In this document: one piece after another, positions 61,376 to 64,000 of the stretch
How the letters are laid out: each line of letters begins with the position of its first letter
How positions within the stretch are numbered: the first letter of the stretch is position 1
NCBI RefSeq assembly: GCF_041956535.1
Contig: NW_027192192.1
Location: forward strand, 933,796 to 997,795
Length of the DNA: 64,000 nt
Direction: 5' to 3'
Source of the DNA: Calcarisporiella thermophila CBS 279.70
Taxonomy: Eukaryota > Fungi > Calcarisporiellomycota
Position numbers and translations under genes: made by a program
Notes under the pieces: model-generated
Seen by the model: only the letters and a program-made list of their open reading frames with translations
Told to the model about the DNA's origin: nothing
Databases searched by the model: none

Positions 61376-64000
61376 ATGGCACACGATCCCATGTCCACCT
61401 CGCCCTTTGAGGATCTGAGCTTTTTCACACAGAGTCACTATGCCAGTCGCCAGATCCATCCCTCATTCGCATTTTCTAGCCATCCTCCTTCCCACGACCA
61501 TTCCTCACCATCTGCTGGCCCTTTCCCATCTCCTCCCCCCCCATCCCCGCCTCCCCACTCTCCCTCTAATGTTCTCGAGTCTTCGGACGCGCCGAAAAAA
61601 TCTAAATTCCTATCGAGGTTGAGCCCCTCGCATGCCAAGTCGGACAGGCTAGGAGTTGGCGGGATCCTCAAAGAAGCCACCATTCTCTTGGCGAACCGCT
61701 CAAAGAGCGCACCCAACATCCACGCGTTGTATCGGAAAGCATCGCTGGCCGAGGAGGATAGTGGAGAAAAGAAAGAGCAGACCCAGAGGAGAAGAGGATC
61801 CATTTTTCAGGTATGCATGTGAACGCTGCAGCGTTCATCCCTTTTTTTAAATCCAATAATGAAGCTAAATCCGCCTTATTCTTCTTTTTATGCCTTACTT
61901 CCCTCTCATAAGTCCGTAGTCATCCAAAAAGCAGTCGACATATTTTCACAGTCCAGTCAGGACGACCCCAACTTCTCCAAAGCTCTTCCCGCTCTCCCAC
62001 AAATCCCAACAGACTCGATTCCCCCCACAGAGCCTAGGCCACCGGCCATTGAGCAGGATTACAAACCTACTTTCATCGACTTCTCTCCCTCTGATAGACT
62101 CTTTGGGAGGCCTGAGACACACTCAACCTCGTCAGGCCACCTGAGCGATCTCAACAGAGGAGATCAGGCATTTGCATACTTTGGCATCAATATGAGCTCA
62201 CTCACGCTACAAGACAACCCTGTATCAACATTCAACACCATCTCACCGGAGAGAGACCAGGTCAAAGCTACGGACTCGAAGTCGACGGATGCACCGCCGA
62301 TTTTGGTCTGTGCTGCAGGGGACTCGGTGACCACACGCAAATCCCGCAGAACCAGCGAGCAGAGCAAAATAGATTCCGAGGCTCAGCTGATCGCGAAGCG
62401 GTGCTTTGAAGGAGACGAAGGGTTTTTGAGGCAGGATCAAGTTTTGAAATTCTTAAGCTCGACGTAAGTAAAAGCTATTTGGGGCTTTTTATGTTATTGT
62501 TATTGTTTTTATTTTCCTGTGAAAATCAGCCCCCAGCAGACCCATTCTTGATATCTCTTTTCTATGTATCCTTAGTAAGGAGCTCAATTCTCGGGCTTTG
62601 ACTTACTATATGCTCAATTTCGACTTCGCCGGGATCCGCTTGGATGATGCCCTACGGAGAATGTGCGAGCGATTGTATATTAAGGGAGAAACCCAACAGA
62701 TCGATGCAATTCTGGCGGGATTCGCCAGGCGATACTGGGAATGCAACCCAAAGAGTATTTTCGAGAGTACCGGTAGATAGGCGTTTGGAATCCCTATTAA
62801 TTGCTCTACCACTAACCCACTTTCCATTGTTTAGACGAGGTCCACGCCATCTCCTACTCACTGCTTCTTCTTAATACCGATTTGCATATTGCTCAAGGAT
62901 CCGACAAGATGACACGCTCTCAGTTTGTGTGTAATACGATGGAGACCATACAAGCGGTGCAAACCGTATCGTCTGAGAACCGGGAGCATACCGCAAAAGG
63001 CCTTGGAAGTAGACGATACCAATTGGAATCCATGCTGAAGGATATGTATACCCGGATTAAGTTGAGCCAGATTCTACAGCCAAATGCCCTGAAATTCCCT
63101 GATTCCGCGACCACTTCAGCCGCACCTTCCCCCTCACCCTCTGGATTTCGGAAGCTGAAGCCCACTCTGTTAAGCGATTTTTCTGGAAGTCTTGTTAGAG
63201 CTCTGAATTACTCTCAGAGCTCCCCCTCGAGTAGTTCGTATAGAGATTCGCTATTTCCAACCCCCACTAGCGATGAGGTAAATGTCTCTTTGAGTGAGGT
63301 GTAAAGGGCTCAATTTAAAATGACCCTTAACTGGCTCTAATCTAGGATGGGAAAATGAGTCTTGACAATTGGCCGACCACATTATCGCCGTCGCAACGTC
63401 GGGTTGGTTCTGACGATACCACCTCCTTGTCCTCAGCGTCTTCGAATCTCGCCCCCATTTCCCCCCAGCTTTCCCCCTCCTCGGCCCCAGCGGCAACCCC
63501 CTACGCCAAAGAGGGAATCCTCACCAGAAAACACCTTTACGAACGCCGTGATCTGAAAGCACGGCATCGGGATTGGCGTGAATGCTATGTCGTGGTCGAG
63601 AGCGGAGCCCTCTGCATGTATCACCCCAGACCCGCTAAATTGCAGAATCCCCCGAGCTCCGTTCATGAGAAGACAAAAGCACGCGAAGGCCATCGGCGTG
63701 ATAAAGGGGTCTACATGGGAGAGTTGAATTTGCGCCACTCCATGTCAAAAATCTTGCCGTCGGGATACTCCCGGGCCAGGCCGAATGTGTTTGCGCTTAG
63801 TTTGCCCGATGGGGCCACGTATCTCTTCCAGGCAGGTACGGCACCACTTGTGAAAGAATGGGTTGAGGCTTGTCTGTATTGGGCGGCGCGTGAAAGTCGC
63901 CCGCCCTTGATAGGTGGAGTGTGTAATGTGGAGTATGGCTGGAGTTGGTTTCTCGAAGACAGAGGGGAAGAGGACGGGGTCCAAGAAGGACGTGATGATG
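61376..64000 (+). CDS. Sec7 + PH domain Arf-GEF (Syt1/EFA6-like); 3' end beyond window
   Basis: Sec7 motifs LDDALRR, KGETQQIDAIL-x2-FARRYWECN and YSLLLLNTDLH. PH domain KEGILTRKH...WRECYVV...NVFALSL...YLFQAGT...EWV...YWAARES. Confidence 0.88.

Noticed and set aside
1-64000. CRISPR arrays, prokaryotic operons, rRNA/snRNA genes, secondary-metabolite cluster
   Set aside because: The sequence is spliced fungal DNA. I saw no spaced direct repeats, snRNA/rRNA signatures or PKS/NRPS/terpene synthase genes.

Overview
Eukaryotic, intron-rich genomic DNA from a fungus, most likely an early-diverging (Mucoromycota/Zoopagomycota-type) lineage. The evidence is short GT-AG introns, Zn2Cys6 factors, chitin synthase and a class C GPCR. 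The supplied ORFs are mostly exon fragments. Splicing them by hand gives about 24 protein-coding genes, in order: thioredoxin-PUL protein, RQT4/TRIP4, Gi-type G-alpha, a double-Zn2Cys6 factor, an AT-hook protein with a tandem uncharacterised domain, TRAPPC13, an orphan coiled-coil protein, IVY1, a 3xRRM Gbp2/Hrb1-like protein, a head-to-head RAD7-RAD16 pair, ZNF511-like, an atypical kinase, a Gln/His-rich Zn2Cys6 factor, a GABA-B-like class C GPCR with a PH-like tail, mitoferrin, a COG2907-type FAD oxidoreductase, two tandem M28 leucine aminopeptidases, NOL8, a hidden 5-exon PNPOx-like gene, MDS3/Ral2, chitin synthase and a Sec7-PH Arf-GEF that runs off the window. No tRNA, rRNA, transposon or CRISPR feature could be supported. 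The most interesting items are the VFT-7TM-PH receptor, the RAD7/RAD16 bidirectional pair and the hidden PNPOx-like gene with degenerate FMN-binding motifs. All family calls come from motif recognition by eye; no searches were run.
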